A stretch of DNA of 64,000 nucleotides. Source: Octopus sinensis. Lineage: Eukaryota. The stretch's first letter is position 1, and every line of letters begins with the position of its first letter. The notes below the pieces were generated by a model that was not told the origin of the DNA, ran no database searches, and was given only the letters and a program-made list of their open reading frames with translations. This document shows positions 1 through 12,555 of this stretch, piece after piece. The stretch covers positions 72,106,001 through 72,170,000 of the forward strand of contig NC_043008.1 of NCBI RefSeq assembly GCF_006345805.1, given 5' to 3'. The position numbers and the translations under genes were made by a program.

Positions 1-38
1 TAAAGAAACCAGCCCGTCGCTGTTGATACTTTTCCTCG

Positions 39-350
39 TTGTTTATTCATGATCGTCATCATCGTCGTCGTCATCATCATCATCATCGCCATAATCATCA
101 CCATCTTCTTCGTATTCTTCTTCTCCTTCTTCTTCTTCTTCTTCTTCTTCTTCTTCTTCTTCTTCTTCTTCTTCTTCTTCTTCTTCTTCTTCTTCTTCGT
201 CGTCGTCGTCGTCGTCATCATCATCATCGCTATCATCATCACCATCTTCTTCGTCTTCTTCTTCTTCTTTCTTCTTCTTCTTCTTCTTCTTCTTCTTCTT
301 CTTCTTCTTCTTCTTCTTCTTCTCCTTCTTCTTCTTCGTCGTCGTCGTCG
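39..350. repeat. Compound trinucleotide microsatellite (TCA/TCG/TCT) with two similar internal cassettes
   Basis: Direct reading; the overlapping poly-L/S/F/E ORFs are repeat translations. Confidence 0.95.
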
Positions 351-364
351 TTGTCGCAGTGCTC

Positions 365-535
365 GCCTTGTTCAGCAGAACGGTTAACAGGCCGGACAAA
401 ATGCTTAACAGTATTTCATCCGTCAAAGTTCAAACTCTGCCGAGGTCGATTTGCTTTTTATCCTTTCAAGGTCGATAAAATAAGCTCCAGTTGAACACTA
501 GTGTTGTATCGACTAGTTTCCTCTCAGCAAATTTA
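365..535 (+). mobile_element. Diverged SINE copy (family A, 'gtcgataaa..aagtaccag' type)
   Basis: Aligns by eye to cleaner copies at 9440-9670 and 58965-59140 (cagaacggtta..aatgctta..gttcaaactctgccgaggtcga..gtcgataaaataag). Confidence 0.7.
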
Positions 536-1099
536 AAGCCTTTTCCATTTGTAGAAAGGGTTTCATTATTACTATGTTTTAAAAACTTAAAACCATTATT
601 GTTGTCATCATTATGTGAGAAAGGAGAGCATGCCATTAATGTGACTCCGGGGTAACATATACGAAATCCAGAATATACATCAATACTACACGTCTGATAA
701 GGGTACACCGGGAATATGCATCACAACCATATGTGCGACTTGGTGATCACACCTCAAAGGTGGGGCTCGGTTTGGATTTTCGATTTTCATTCCAATCGAA
801 AGGTCCTTGAATAGGGTTTGATTAAGTATATTGAATGCAACACCCAAGATTCCAAAGGTGAATTATTCAAACTCCAAAGAATACCTCTCAACAGATGGTT
901 ATGTTGCTCCCCCACTATTTCTGCTTGTGATCAGGGATGCACATATCGTCAGCCATAAAGGACGTGCCTCAAAAGACGAAGGTCAAACAACGGACAAGCA
1001 AATCTGTGATATTGAGCAAATTATATGCTGTAGCCCAAATTTTATGCTAAGACAATTTTATATATGATAATACTTCCTGGTACTGCATCAAGGCATTTT

Positions 1100-1109
1100 A
1101 TCATTATCA

Positions 1110-1177
<68 letters not shown>

Positions 1178-1225
1178 GTTGTTGTTGTTGGTGGTGGTGG
1201 TGGTGGTGTTGTTGTTGTTATTTTT
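1100..1225. repeat. (ATT)n/(GTT)n/(GGT)n tract, 3' tail of the adjacent Dong fragment
   Basis: Direct reading; abuts the 3' UTR of the minus-strand element. Confidence 0.9.
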
Positions 1226-1227
1226 AT

Positions 1228-1505
1228 CATATGTTTGACTTTTGCTTTGTATCTGTACAAGTTGAATCCAAGTCTCACTCAGAGACCTCAAGAGACAAGA
1301 CCTTTTGATTGGAATGAGTTATTCGTCGTGAAGAAAATTCATGTTGGTGTTATGCCTAGGGTGTCATATACTTGGTTTTACACATGCTATTCTTCTAGAG
1401 AATGTTTAAGAAAACATTGGTTACATTGACAGTATTTTACGTAGGATATGAACAGTTCCCATGAGCACTATCTTTAGAATTTCTGCTATTTTGGAACGGC
1501 AAACC
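1228..1505 (-). mobile_element. R4/Dong-clade non-LTR retrotransposon, 3' end only
   Basis: Minus frame 1500-1421 reads RSKIAEILKIVLMGTVHILRKILSM*, the typical 'QK.vLlGTa.ILRkvL' terminus of RLE-type ORFs; then ~190-bp UTR and (AAT)n. Confidence 0.8.
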
Positions 1506-3700
1506 ATTTACGGGCGTGCTGCTCGCAAAACATATACAAAGCAGGAAAGAAAAACGCCCCATTGCCGATGTGATAGACATTTCCACAACAGCAACAAGAG
1601 CATCTACAGGGAAACAAAAGAAAGTGTGGTGCAACATCAGCATCTCAATGCAGAAGCACAGCGGTGACTCCATCTGAGGCGAAAGAACCGAGAGTAACAG
1701 AAAAGGGACAGAGACAACAACAGCAGTAGCAACAGCAACAGCATCACCAAGAGCATTAAAACAGCTCCGGCAGCAGCAGCACTGTTGCCATCAAAATGCA
1801 CTGGCACTTTAGCAGAGAGGACCACACAGGTTTTTCCACTACCTAGCTCTCCATATCCTTCTCTTTCAAACAAATGATCACGAATAGACACCTACATAAA
1901 CACAAGCGCACACCTACCCGTGTCGGGGACGGATAACACAGACTCCGATTCCTACACATCCCGAAGTGAGGATGATGAGGAAGGAAAAAGCCAAAACAAT
2001 CCAAAAGAAAGTACAGGAGAAAACATCCGGGTCACCACCAACATAAATGTCGACCAACACAAATGGAGCCATCTCACAAACAACAAACTCGTCAGAGCAA
2101 CAATCGCCTACACAACAAAAGCTATCACCATAGGCATAACTGCACATCCCCGCCCAAAGAAAGCCTCCGGAAGAACTGAAGAGCAAATCAGAAATACCAG
2201 ATAGCTGTTCGAGCAAGATGCGCTGGCTGTCAAGCTAAAGACACACTCCATCGACACTCTCTATAGTAAGATATGCCGCACAGTAACATACCGTACAGTT
2301 GGAGTGAAGTCGAGGAGGATGGAAAGAGCCGCCGGTGCTCAAATCCAAAAGGCTTTAGATATGGTTTTGAACCTAAAGAAGTATATACAAAGACAAACTG
2401 GTTACCGAACAGTTGAGGTGAGATTCCATACAGACGAGGAAACAAAATCTCATTCTCTCAAGCCCCTCAAAAGCGGGAGTTGTCGTTAGTACCATTTTAC
2501 TGCAGTAAGAGACTGGTAAAAAATACATATGCAGCAGATGCTGTCAGACATAACCTTTACTTAGCTAACTGCAGCGGTCACAATAGACAGGGAAGAAAAC
2601 TCAACAATCCTCACTAAGTTTATGGGACCAAAATAAGAGAACTTGTGTTTCACGATAGAGATCCTCGTCCAAACCAGTCAAATGAATGTGGACAACATCC
2701 CAGACTCGATTCGTCTTCCAAGAGGCATCATCATTCCAGTCGGAGTAAATGGAAGGAAGGTAAAGTGACGCTTATTTTTTTAACCGCTTACCTAAAAGTC
2801 TTCTGCCATAAATTGAGAGGAAAAGATAAAAGAGTCCCATTCTTCTTTGATCAAAAAACAACCACGAAAACTCAAACAACAATAACAGTACCATAATCAT
2901 CAACAACATTTGTCACGGCAGCTTCAGCACTAGCATACCAACAACATATTCGTCCACACATTTCCCATCTCCAGAAGATACTCCACTTTCCGATACCGAG
3001 CGAGCAGACATTACATCTGGATAGTTTCATAGGGACAATGAGTGAAAAACGAAATCCAAAAGACGAAGAAAGGACAAGATGAAAAACAAATCCACGAACA
3101 AAGAACAATCCTCATTCACAGAAACAGCGGAGAAGGAAAAGCTTAAAAGCTACAAAGCTAAATCACTCAAAACTGACACTACATCATCATCATTGCCACA
3201 GACACCTGAAACACTACTTCAGTCAACAATACCACAAATACAAACCATTCAACATACACAACCACAACCACAACAACAGCAACCTCAGCAACAACAACAG
3301 CTGCAGCAGCAAATACAAATTGAAGACAGTACTATTACTAGCTACATCGCAATTACCTTAAAAAAATCACAGGTTTAATGAATTACATAAAGCAACACAC
3401 TGATATAACAAAATCGTTCAAAATTACACATCGTTCAAACACAAGACACATAGACACACCTAAAATCCAAATTCCCACTGGAAATTGGAGATTTTCGAGG
3501 GAACATCACCAAGGGAATACCTGCTGATTTATTTGCTGGTGGAAACACCTCAATCCAACAATACGGACGGACAAACTGCCCCTACAAACAAAATCAAGTA
3601 AGTTTTCTTTTTCTTTCCTATTCTTTTTCCAACAACATGGTCATGCTCAGAATGGGCAGCGTGAATGTACGTAGTCTGGGGCCGCCTTGGAATTGAGGTC
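1505..3700 (+). pseudogene. Tx1/L1-like LINE: decayed ORF1 plus the start of ORF2 (AP endonuclease), 3'-truncated
   Basis: Long stop-interrupted + frame with S/D/E- and Q-rich low-complexity segments; ATG at 3637 gives MVMLRMGSVNVRSLGPPWN*, matching the APE N-terminal 'i.s.NvrGL' motif, immediately after the ORF1-like region. Confidence 0.6.
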
Positions 3701-3810
3701 GTATAAATGTTGATAGGTTAATAGGTAGGTAGATAGAAAAATTCGGATGTATCTCTTGTATATAAGTTGTAGTCATATATCACTTTCATTAGATTAATGT
3801 GTTAATATTT

Positions 3811-4269
3811 GGCACATATTTAAGTTGGCGAGCAAGTAGAATGATTAGCATGCCGGGCGAAATACTTAGCGGTGTTTCCTACGACCTCACCTTCTGGGCT
3901 TAAATTTTCCCGTGGTTGACCTTACTTTTCATCCTTGGTGGTCGATAAAATAAATAGCATTTGGACAATGGGGTCGATGTAATCGACTTATAGCTTCTCC
4001 TAATATTGCTGTCCTTGTGCCAAAATTGGAATCAATATTGGCACATATTTAAGTTGGCGAGCAAGTAGAATGATTAGCATGCCGGGCGAAATACTTAGCG
4101 GTGTTTCCTACGACCTCACCTTCTGGGCTTAAATTTTCCCGTGGTTGACCTTACTTTTCATCCTTGGTGGTCGATAAAATAAATAGCATTTGGACAATGG
4201 GGTCGATGTAATCGACTTATAGCTTCTCCTAATATTGCTGTCCTTGTGCCAAAATTGGAATCAATATTT
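3811..4269 (+). mobile_element. Family A SINE present as two identical tandem ~229-bp copies
   Basis: Units start at 3811 and 4040, identical by eye; aatatt(t)ggcacatattt occurs at all three junctions. Confidence 0.9.
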
Positions 4270-4759
4270 GGCACATATTTGTTCCTCGGTTTGTTTTGGT
4301 ACACTCTGTAGTAAAGATGTTAGCATTAACTTAACTATATTTTTTTCATGAGAATGGAGACTGAGGGTTGTTATTAAGCGGTCATTTGAAAATTTTCTAC
4401 ATTCAACAGTGCGTAACTATATTTCTTTTACTATTACTTATGTACACTGAAATAGACAGTGCACAGATGACATTTAAAAACCGCGGAACGATTTAAAGTT
4501 ATTTCCTGTGCTTTCGGAAAGAATCAAAATGATATTACTCAGTTACTAATATCGGCTTTAATCTTTTACGCAGAGTAATTGTGCTAACATTAAATGTATA
4601 TGTAACACTAATTTACATGAGATTATTTTAGTTTGTTTCAAGCTCCAGCGATAGCATCATGTCTAATTAAATATATTAGCTTCAAGTAAATGTCAAAAAC
4701 AGAAAATAATGTACCCCAGGGATATAACAATAAAATAAGAACATCAACAGAGAGAGTAT

Positions 4760-4850
4760 AATGATGATGATGATGATATTGATGATGATGATGCTGTGGA
4801 GGAGGAGGAGGAGGATGGAGACGACGACGACGACGACGATGATGATGTTT
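4760..4850. repeat. Compound (GAT)/(GGA)/(GAC) microsatellite
   Basis: Direct reading. Confidence 0.9.
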
Positions 4851-5659
4851 TGTTTTCTTTGCCACCACGGTGAAGGATGAGGAGGGTAGACATAAAATAT
4901 GTGTGAGGTTTACAGGCAATGAAATTGATAGCAAAAATTGAATGTATACACGGTATACAATAAAACAAAGAAGATAAGTACGCATAGTATACAAGAGTAA
5001 AAGACAAAAAAGGGCGTAATATTGATGTGGTTCCCCTGACACAAGGTCTCCCTGAACATAAAGAGCAAGTACCTTCTCCAACTCCTTCTCTCCGACTCAA
5101 ATCTATATTTAGAGCGGTACTATTCACTCTTGCCATTTTCGCAAATTTCGCTCAACATTCAACAAATTTACACACGATAGCACATCCCTCTCCACTCTTA
5201 CCTTCTTTTTCCTGTCAACCTTGAAAAAATCAATAAGGGCTTTACCAAATAGGAATCTATCTGTCCGCATGCCTTTCACCTTCGTCCAACAGACAACCTC
5301 TTTTCCCACAGCCTCCAAGGACATGGAGGAAACTGCTTACCAGCCCGTTTGAAGGAGAACAGCAGGGAAATCATCATTATAGACTTGCCACACGCGACGG
5401 GAGGTGTATGGTATAACCGCACAAGTTAGCAATAGCCGGACACTGAACAAATGCGTTCAGAACGGTTTCGTCGCTCAGTACGTACCTCGAATATCAGAAC
5501 ATCCATGCGTATAGAGTGTATTTCGAAACGGTAGCATCTCCTGTAGCATGCAAGGCCAAGGACATCTGGAAATTGTCCATGATAATTCACGACTGGAAAG
5601 TCATCCGGAGAGCTCCACCAAAGACTCCGGGAGCTCCACCAAAACCTGTGACAAAGCTA

Positions 5660-5711
5660 AATAATAATAATGATGATGATGTTGATGATGATGATGATGA
5701 TGATGATAATG

Positions 5712-5775
<64 letters not shown>
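5660..5775. repeat. (GAT)n-(AAT)n microsatellite
   Basis: Direct reading. Confidence 0.95.
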
Positions 5776-6992
5776 GCCGCTGTCAAGGTTGGCACTCTAT
5801 CAGAACACTAGTACAACACAACAGGAAACTGAAAAATAAAAAAAAGTCTCAAAAACTGGAATATCTACAATTTCCTGTGAGTATATTAAATTTCCCTCAA
5901 CAAAGTTAAGAAACTTATACATCTACAGTTTTTGAACACACAAAGATCAGCTTTAAAAACTTAAATATCTACAACTTCAGTGAATACGTATCCGTTCCCT
6001 TCTCCCAGAGTATTTGAAAATGTAATCATCTTCTTCATTCTAAGAACACAACAGTTTTCTCTGTTCGGACGTACAAAAGATCATTGTAAATTTTAAAACT
6101 TTAATATCTACAATTTTCAGCGAAAATTTTACCCTCCTTTTCTTTCCTTTCCTTCCTCCCTGAGCATTCGAAAATGTAAACATCCTTTATATTGCAAAAA
6201 CACTACAGTCTCCTCTCATCGGATATACAAACGAACATCACAAAACAATTTAAAAACTTTAATATTAACAATTTTCTGTGAAACTTTTATCTTTCTTTGT
6301 TACCTGACTACCCGACTATGTACACATACCTTTTATTGAAACACAATTAAATGCACGATAAAAAAATAAAAAATTAGGAGGTAAGCCCCTGCCAATATAT
6401 GCAAACGGCACAATTACAAAAACTGTAAACAACAGCAGAACTTACGAAACGAAAAGAAAAAATTTAAAGCATAAACAATTCAGAAATTCAAAAATTCGAC
6501 AGGGTTAACATCAGTACGTATATGTGTATATATATATAATCATTGTTTCTATCCGTAATTGAAAATAGAACAAAGTGACCGGCCAAGCTCAGCACTCTCA
6601 TTGATCGCTATTAGTAGTAAACTGCTGACCCCAAGACTGTGAGACCGATTTCGTCTCCTTATCGCAGAGAAATGCCCATTGATGATCTCCTCACCATCTG
6701 CCGAATCTACTTACAGAACTGTGATACTTAATCTATTCACCAAGCGGTATATCTTGCTCCTACTATTCTTTTAAACACTCTTATATTTATGATAATCTCA
6801 AGAACAAGACAACAGTTGAAACTAAACAACATTCACTAATACCTTTTAATAATAAATGGAAATAATAGTAATGATAATAATAGTAATAATTTAGCCAAAT
6901 CTCATGGCAGATCAAAGGAAATATTAACAATGACAAATAGTAGTAAAAAGTGAAAATAATAATATCAGTGATGATAATAATAATAAAAATAA

Positions 6993-8895
6993 AAGGAAGA
7001 GGTTGTAATCTTCTTATGCACTGATGGATAATATATCTAGTGATGGTGTCACAATAAAAAACACTGGTAATTGCGCAACCTGATTATTGCTACCTCATAT
7101 GAGTGCCAATGTGGAGACGCAATGGCCCAGTGGTTAGAGCAGCAGACTGATGGTCGTAGGATCGCGGTTTCGATTCCCAGACCGGGCATTGTGAGTGCTA
7201 ATTGAGCGAAAACACCCAAAGCTCCACGAGGCTCCGGCAGGTGGTGAACCCTGCTGTACTCTTTCACCACAATTTTCTCTCATTCTTCCTTCCTGTTTCT
7301 GTGGTACCTGTATTTCAAAGGGCCAGCCTTGTCACACTCTGTGTCACGCTGAATCTCTCCGAGAACTCTGTTAAGGGTACACGTGTCTGTGGAGTGCTCA
7401 GCCACTTGCATGTTAATAAATGAGCTCCGACGTCACTGGTGCCAAGCTGTATCGGCATTTGCCTTTCCCTTGGTTAACATCGGTGGCATGGAGAGGGGAG
7501 GCCGGTATGCGTGGGCGACTGCTGGTCTTCCATAAACAACCTTGCCCGAACTAGTGCCTCGGAGGGTAACTTTCTAGGTGCTATCTCATGGTCCTTCATG
7601 ACCGAAGGGGGTCACATCGTATGAGTGCCAATGAAAAACCAAAATATTGTGAATAACGGTGATAATAAAACTGAAGCACATGTTGGTGACAGTGTTACAT
7701 CCGGCGGGCTGCCGTTATCCAGCAAGAGATCAGTAGACACGGCGTAGATGGAACAAACAAATCAATGCTGTGGTCATGGAGTGGTCATCTTAGGGGATAC
7801 CGACAACGTACTTATGATCAATGGAGAGAAAGAGAATTTTTTCAACTCATGGAACAGAAATTATTTGATCAAGCTAGAGGAATAAAAAAAAATAATCGTT
7901 CGTCGCAGAAGTAGAGCTCGAAACTATCAAAAGACGGATGTTGGAAAACAGTAGCAGAGGAAACGATGAAAATACAGTTCATACTGATAAAGGTAATCTC
8001 TTAGCAGAAAACAGAGGTAAGATCTCTAATAAACCATAGGAAAGTAACATTGATAGCTTGCTCGCCGAGAGACATAAAAATGGCTTGGAAGAGCAACTGA
8101 AACAGCGTCTTGTTGCAAAGAAAGCAAAGATAGTAAGATACGACCAAAGTATGAAATGTTACCCGCTGAATAGATTATTTAGAGAACATCAGTAGATATT
8201 CTACAAAGAAATAAATGGAGAGTGTACAGGCGAAAAGTTGATACCAGATAACATTGAAAGTCAAAGGTTTTTTAGTGACATCTGGAGCAAAGACAAGGAG
8301 CACAAGAGGTATGCTGAATGGTCGCAAGAACTGAAACAAACAGTAGTCTGTCTAAACTAGTCGGTTTAGTTAGGGCAACTGGAAGGCCCCGCAAAAATTG
8401 GGCAACTGGAAGGCCCCGCGACCAGATGGAGTTCAAGGTTATTAGATCAAATGATTAGGAAACCAGACATAGCGTTAATTGAGGAAGAAAGCAAACGATG
8501 ATGGATCATAGATATAGCATGCCCAGCTGACAACAAGGTATACAATAAGGTAGAAAGAAACGTCGATAGGTATGACAGGTTCGATTGGGAGGTTAAGCAG
8601 TTGTGGTCGATGAAAATGTTGGCAGTAGTACCAATGATTGTTGTAGCCCTGGGAATAGTGAGTAAAAATCTTGACAAGTATATAGAACAAGTAAGGGCTT
8701 CAATAAGGATGGAGCACTTGCAGAAAATAGCACTGCTTGGAACCGCTCGAATACTCCGGATGGTGCCCGAAAATAAGGGGTTTTACCTTAGTTCAGTGGT
8801 AGTGAACAGCTGGCACCAGAGTATATCTACAGCGTTAGAAGCTGTGCAAAGACAATATATTAATAATAATGAGGATAATGATAATAATGATAAAA
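6993..8895 (+). mobile_element. R4/Dong element with both ends, RT domain deleted, SINE inserted at the ORF start
   Basis: RRRWNKQINAVVMEW; LKQRLVAKKAKIVRY..NRLF..FYKEI; NWKAPRPDGVQGY; then directly RKPDIALIEE..WIIDIACPAD (RLE) and LQKIALLGTARILRMV, 3' UTR and an AAT-type tail. Confidence 0.9.
7112..7619 (+). mobile_element. Full-length tRNA-derived SINE (family C) with 14-bp TSD
   Basis: A box tggcccagtggttagagc, B box ggtttcgattccc; TSD tatgagtgccaatg at 7098-7111 and 7620-7633. Confidence 0.9.
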
Positions 8896-9100
8896 TGCCC
8901 TCATGCAGTGCCAGACATTGGCACTCATCGGCTCTTATCTTAAATGATTCGAAGTGTTAATATGTACACGTCTTTTTTTCTTGGTATATAAGGTTGCTTA
9001 CAACACATGTTCTGTTGAATACCACAGATCTGCTTGTCAGTTGTTTGACCTTAACCAGTTGAGCATGTCTCAAGGAGGCTGTCGATATGTGCATCGGCAG
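8895..9100. mobile_element. Interspersed repeat/SINE fragment starting aaaatgccctcatgcagtgccag
   Basis: A similar terminus (aaaatgccttgatgcagtaccagg) occurs on the minus strand at ~1075-1100; family assignment from memory of octopus repeats. Confidence 0.5.
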
Positions 9101-9369
9101 TAGTGGTGGTGGTGGTGGTGATGCTGGTGGAGATGATGACGATTTCGAGGAAGACGAGCATGAGGTGTCTGAAGGCGAGGCAGAAGTGGAGGAATAAAAA
9201 TGTCTTTCATTGGTTACAAGAACGAGCATGTATTGAGGACTACGTAACTAGGCACGAAAGGAAAATGAAAGAGTAGAGTAATTTTGATGGAGTCAGTTGG
9301 CGAGATAAACAAAACTGTAAAGATATATTAGAATATTCTTTTCTACTGTAGGCATAAGGTGCTTAAATT

Positions 9370-9670
9370 ATCGACCCCGAAAGGGAAATTCGACTTCGGC
9401 GGAATTTGAACTCAGAATGTAAAGACTGACTAAATACCTATTTCATTAATACCAACAAGGGGCTAAACACAGAGAGGACACACAAGGACAGACAAACGGA
9501 TTAAGTCGATTATATCAACCCCAGTGCGTAACTGGTACCTATTTAATCGACCCCAAAAGGATGAAAGGCAAAGTCGACCTCCGCGGATTTTGAACTCAGA
9601 ACGTAGCGGCGGACGAAATACCACAAAGCATTTCGCCCGGTGTGTTAACGTTTCTGCCAGCTCGCCGCCT
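9370..9670 (-). mobile_element. Family A SINE, dimeric (full copy fused to a 5'-truncated second copy)
   Basis: Repeated atcgacccc..gtcgacctc..gaatttgaactcagaa blocks; junction aaatacc|tatttc at 9432-9444. Confidence 0.85.
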
Positions 9671-9884
9671 TGACATATTTGGATATTACAGAACAATGAA
9701 AAGCAATATCAGTGTGCATAAGCAGCATAACAACAAGCCAAAACGGGAAATTTACATGGAGTAAAAGCGTGAGATCAAAAATAGTATTAAAGGTATAACA
9801 AAATACAAATAACAATTAGTTAAATAATCAGTAGCAATAAAGATAATTCTAATTATTGTTAATGCTGTTATTCTTATTATTGTT

Positions 9885-10175
<291 letters not shown>

Positions 10176-10619
10176 TGAAACTAAAACGAAATATCAGATA
10201 ATAAATTGTTTAACAGATTAATCTCCCAAACAAAACTTTGGAAATGATCAAAATAAATAAATCAAATAAATAAATATTATTTCTAAATGAAATTAAATAG
10301 AATAATAGAAAAACTGCATAGAAATAGTAATGATAAAATTGAAATGAATTTAAGTGAAATAAAGTATTAAAATAAACGAATAAAGCTATATAAATACTTC
10401 TAACAATAGTGAAATATATTTCAAGTAAATAGTTTTGGAAATTATTTATTGTGGCAAAATCGCAACAGAAAGTTAGGTTTGAAACATTTAAAAAAGATAA
10501 AAAAAACATCTAGATTTAAATGTCAATGATGTGATATTAATCCACGAAGAGATCATAATCGTGGTTGCTTTTGATTAAATATTAAAAATAATTGAGACAA
10601 TAATGTATACGTATGCGTG

Positions 10620-10655
10620 TGCACATATATATATATACACATACATATACATACT

Positions 10656-10703
<48 letters not shown>

Positions 10704-10849
10704 ATAAATATACATATGTATGTATATATACATATATATACACATACATTCATATACATATAAATACATATATATATATATATATATAAATATACATATG
10801 TATGTATATATACATATATATACACATACATTCAGATACATATAAATAC

Positions 10850-10902
<53 letters not shown>

Positions 10903-10974
10903 TATATATAATATATATATATATATATAATATACATATGTATGTATATATACATATATATTATATATATATAT

Positions 10975-11029
<55 letters not shown>

Positions 11030-11040
11030 CACGTAATTAT
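10620..11040. repeat. (TA)n field with ~83-bp higher-order duplicated cassettes
   Basis: aatatacatatgtatgtatatatacatatata recurs at ~10707, ~10789 and ~10929. Confidence 0.85.
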
Positions 11041-11323
11041 ATGTACATGAATATATACATGTATGTGTACGTGTCCCTGCGCGCGCGCGTGTCTCTAGCG
11101 TGAATTGTGAGTTTGTGCATGTGAGTGTGTGTGTGTTTAAATGACTATAACATTTGGAATAAAATGGAAACTGCAAGTTTTTACAGCATCGCTGGAATTA
11201 TGGCAATGTAACATGAATTGGAAGTGACTACCAAATTCCTAGTTACTCACTCAGACATCACATGCATACACACACACGCACGCACACATACACACAGTGA
11301 TGGACTCACTCACGCACACACAC

Positions 11324-11367
<44 letters not shown>

Positions 11368-12555
11368 TATATATTTGTATGTATAATATATATATATATA
11401 TGTTATGTGCATGCATGTGAATACATGTACGTAGGTGAGACACGCACATACATATATACCATATACATACACATGTGACTGTCTTACGATAGAAGTATGA
11501 AGCAAAAGACAAACGACCATAGCAAATCACATAGGCTCATATTTCTATGTATAATTATATACATTGATATATATTTGCATTTATATTTGTGAGAATTAAT
11601 GTACATATATATTTCGAATGTATTTTATGTATCTACAAGTACTTGTAAAACATTTAAGAAGATTGGTAAGAATTTTAGCATTTAAGTATATAGTGTCTGA
11701 GTAGATATACATGCAAAGGTATACACATGCATATATTTATAACATATACGTATGTGCGTGTATATATATATGTGTGTGCGTGTGTGTATCTATATATGTG
11801 TGTATAAATACATATATATATAAATATATACACATATATGCTCATATATATGTATATATGTTAGTATGAATGTATACCATTGTGTGTGCATGTATACGTT
11901 CGTTTATATTTACACAAGCAAGGAAAGCATGAAATATAACTATGCTAATTGCAAGAGCGTAAGCAAAGCTAATAATCGATTGTGACAAATATATTTAACT
12001 TCTTACTCTCCTATGGGAATTTGTCAGGCATTAAACGAAATGCAAGAAATTCTTCTTAGAAAAATGCTTGTCAAGGACAAATAAGAATATCAGAACTAAA
12101 GGAAAACTTAAACGCGTTTCTTCGTAAGTATGAGATAAATTATATCTTTATAAAGAAACCAAAGGCTTGTCTTAAGGTACTTCTGAAAAACTGCCAAACA
12201 TGTATTGGAATAGCATTTTTATTGCAAAATCTATTCCTCTACCAGTTGCAAAACAAGAATATTCCCAGGTACGTAATATATTGTAATATTTCCATTGTAA
12301 AACCAAAAGAAAATTATTGGTTTTTGTTCCATTGATACTATCAAAATCTAAATAAAATGGCTGTTAGAATATTATGTTCTATTATTGTGACTATGCACAC
12401 ACACGCACGTGCTCGCGCATGCAAACATACACACAGACACACACTTGTCCTATTTAATTTATCTGTGTGAAATATAGTTGCAAGACATTCAACTACTTCG
12501 AATATTATTCGTATGAATTTACAACCTACCTCCATGAGACAATAACTGTCATATA

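Noticed and set aside
39-494. Poly-L/S/F/E/I/N and YI-repeat ORFs here and throughout the track
   Set aside because: They are translations of tri- and dinucleotide microsatellites, open in several frames, with no domain signal.
5770-5785. aataagccgc follows (AAT)n both here and at ~61258
   Set aside because: Only ~7 informative bases and downstream sequences are unrelated; probably chance.
7112-7190. tRNA-like A/B boxes
   Set aside because: No complete cloverleaf; it continues into a SINE body bounded by a TSD.
8384-8422. Duplicated gggcaactggaaggccccgc
   Set aside because: A local ~28-bp slippage duplication inside the dead Dong copy.
12028-12275. Splice-like signals (cag|, |gtaagt, |gtacgt)
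   Set aside because: The longer candidate exon has stops in all frames; the 23-nt one has no further support.
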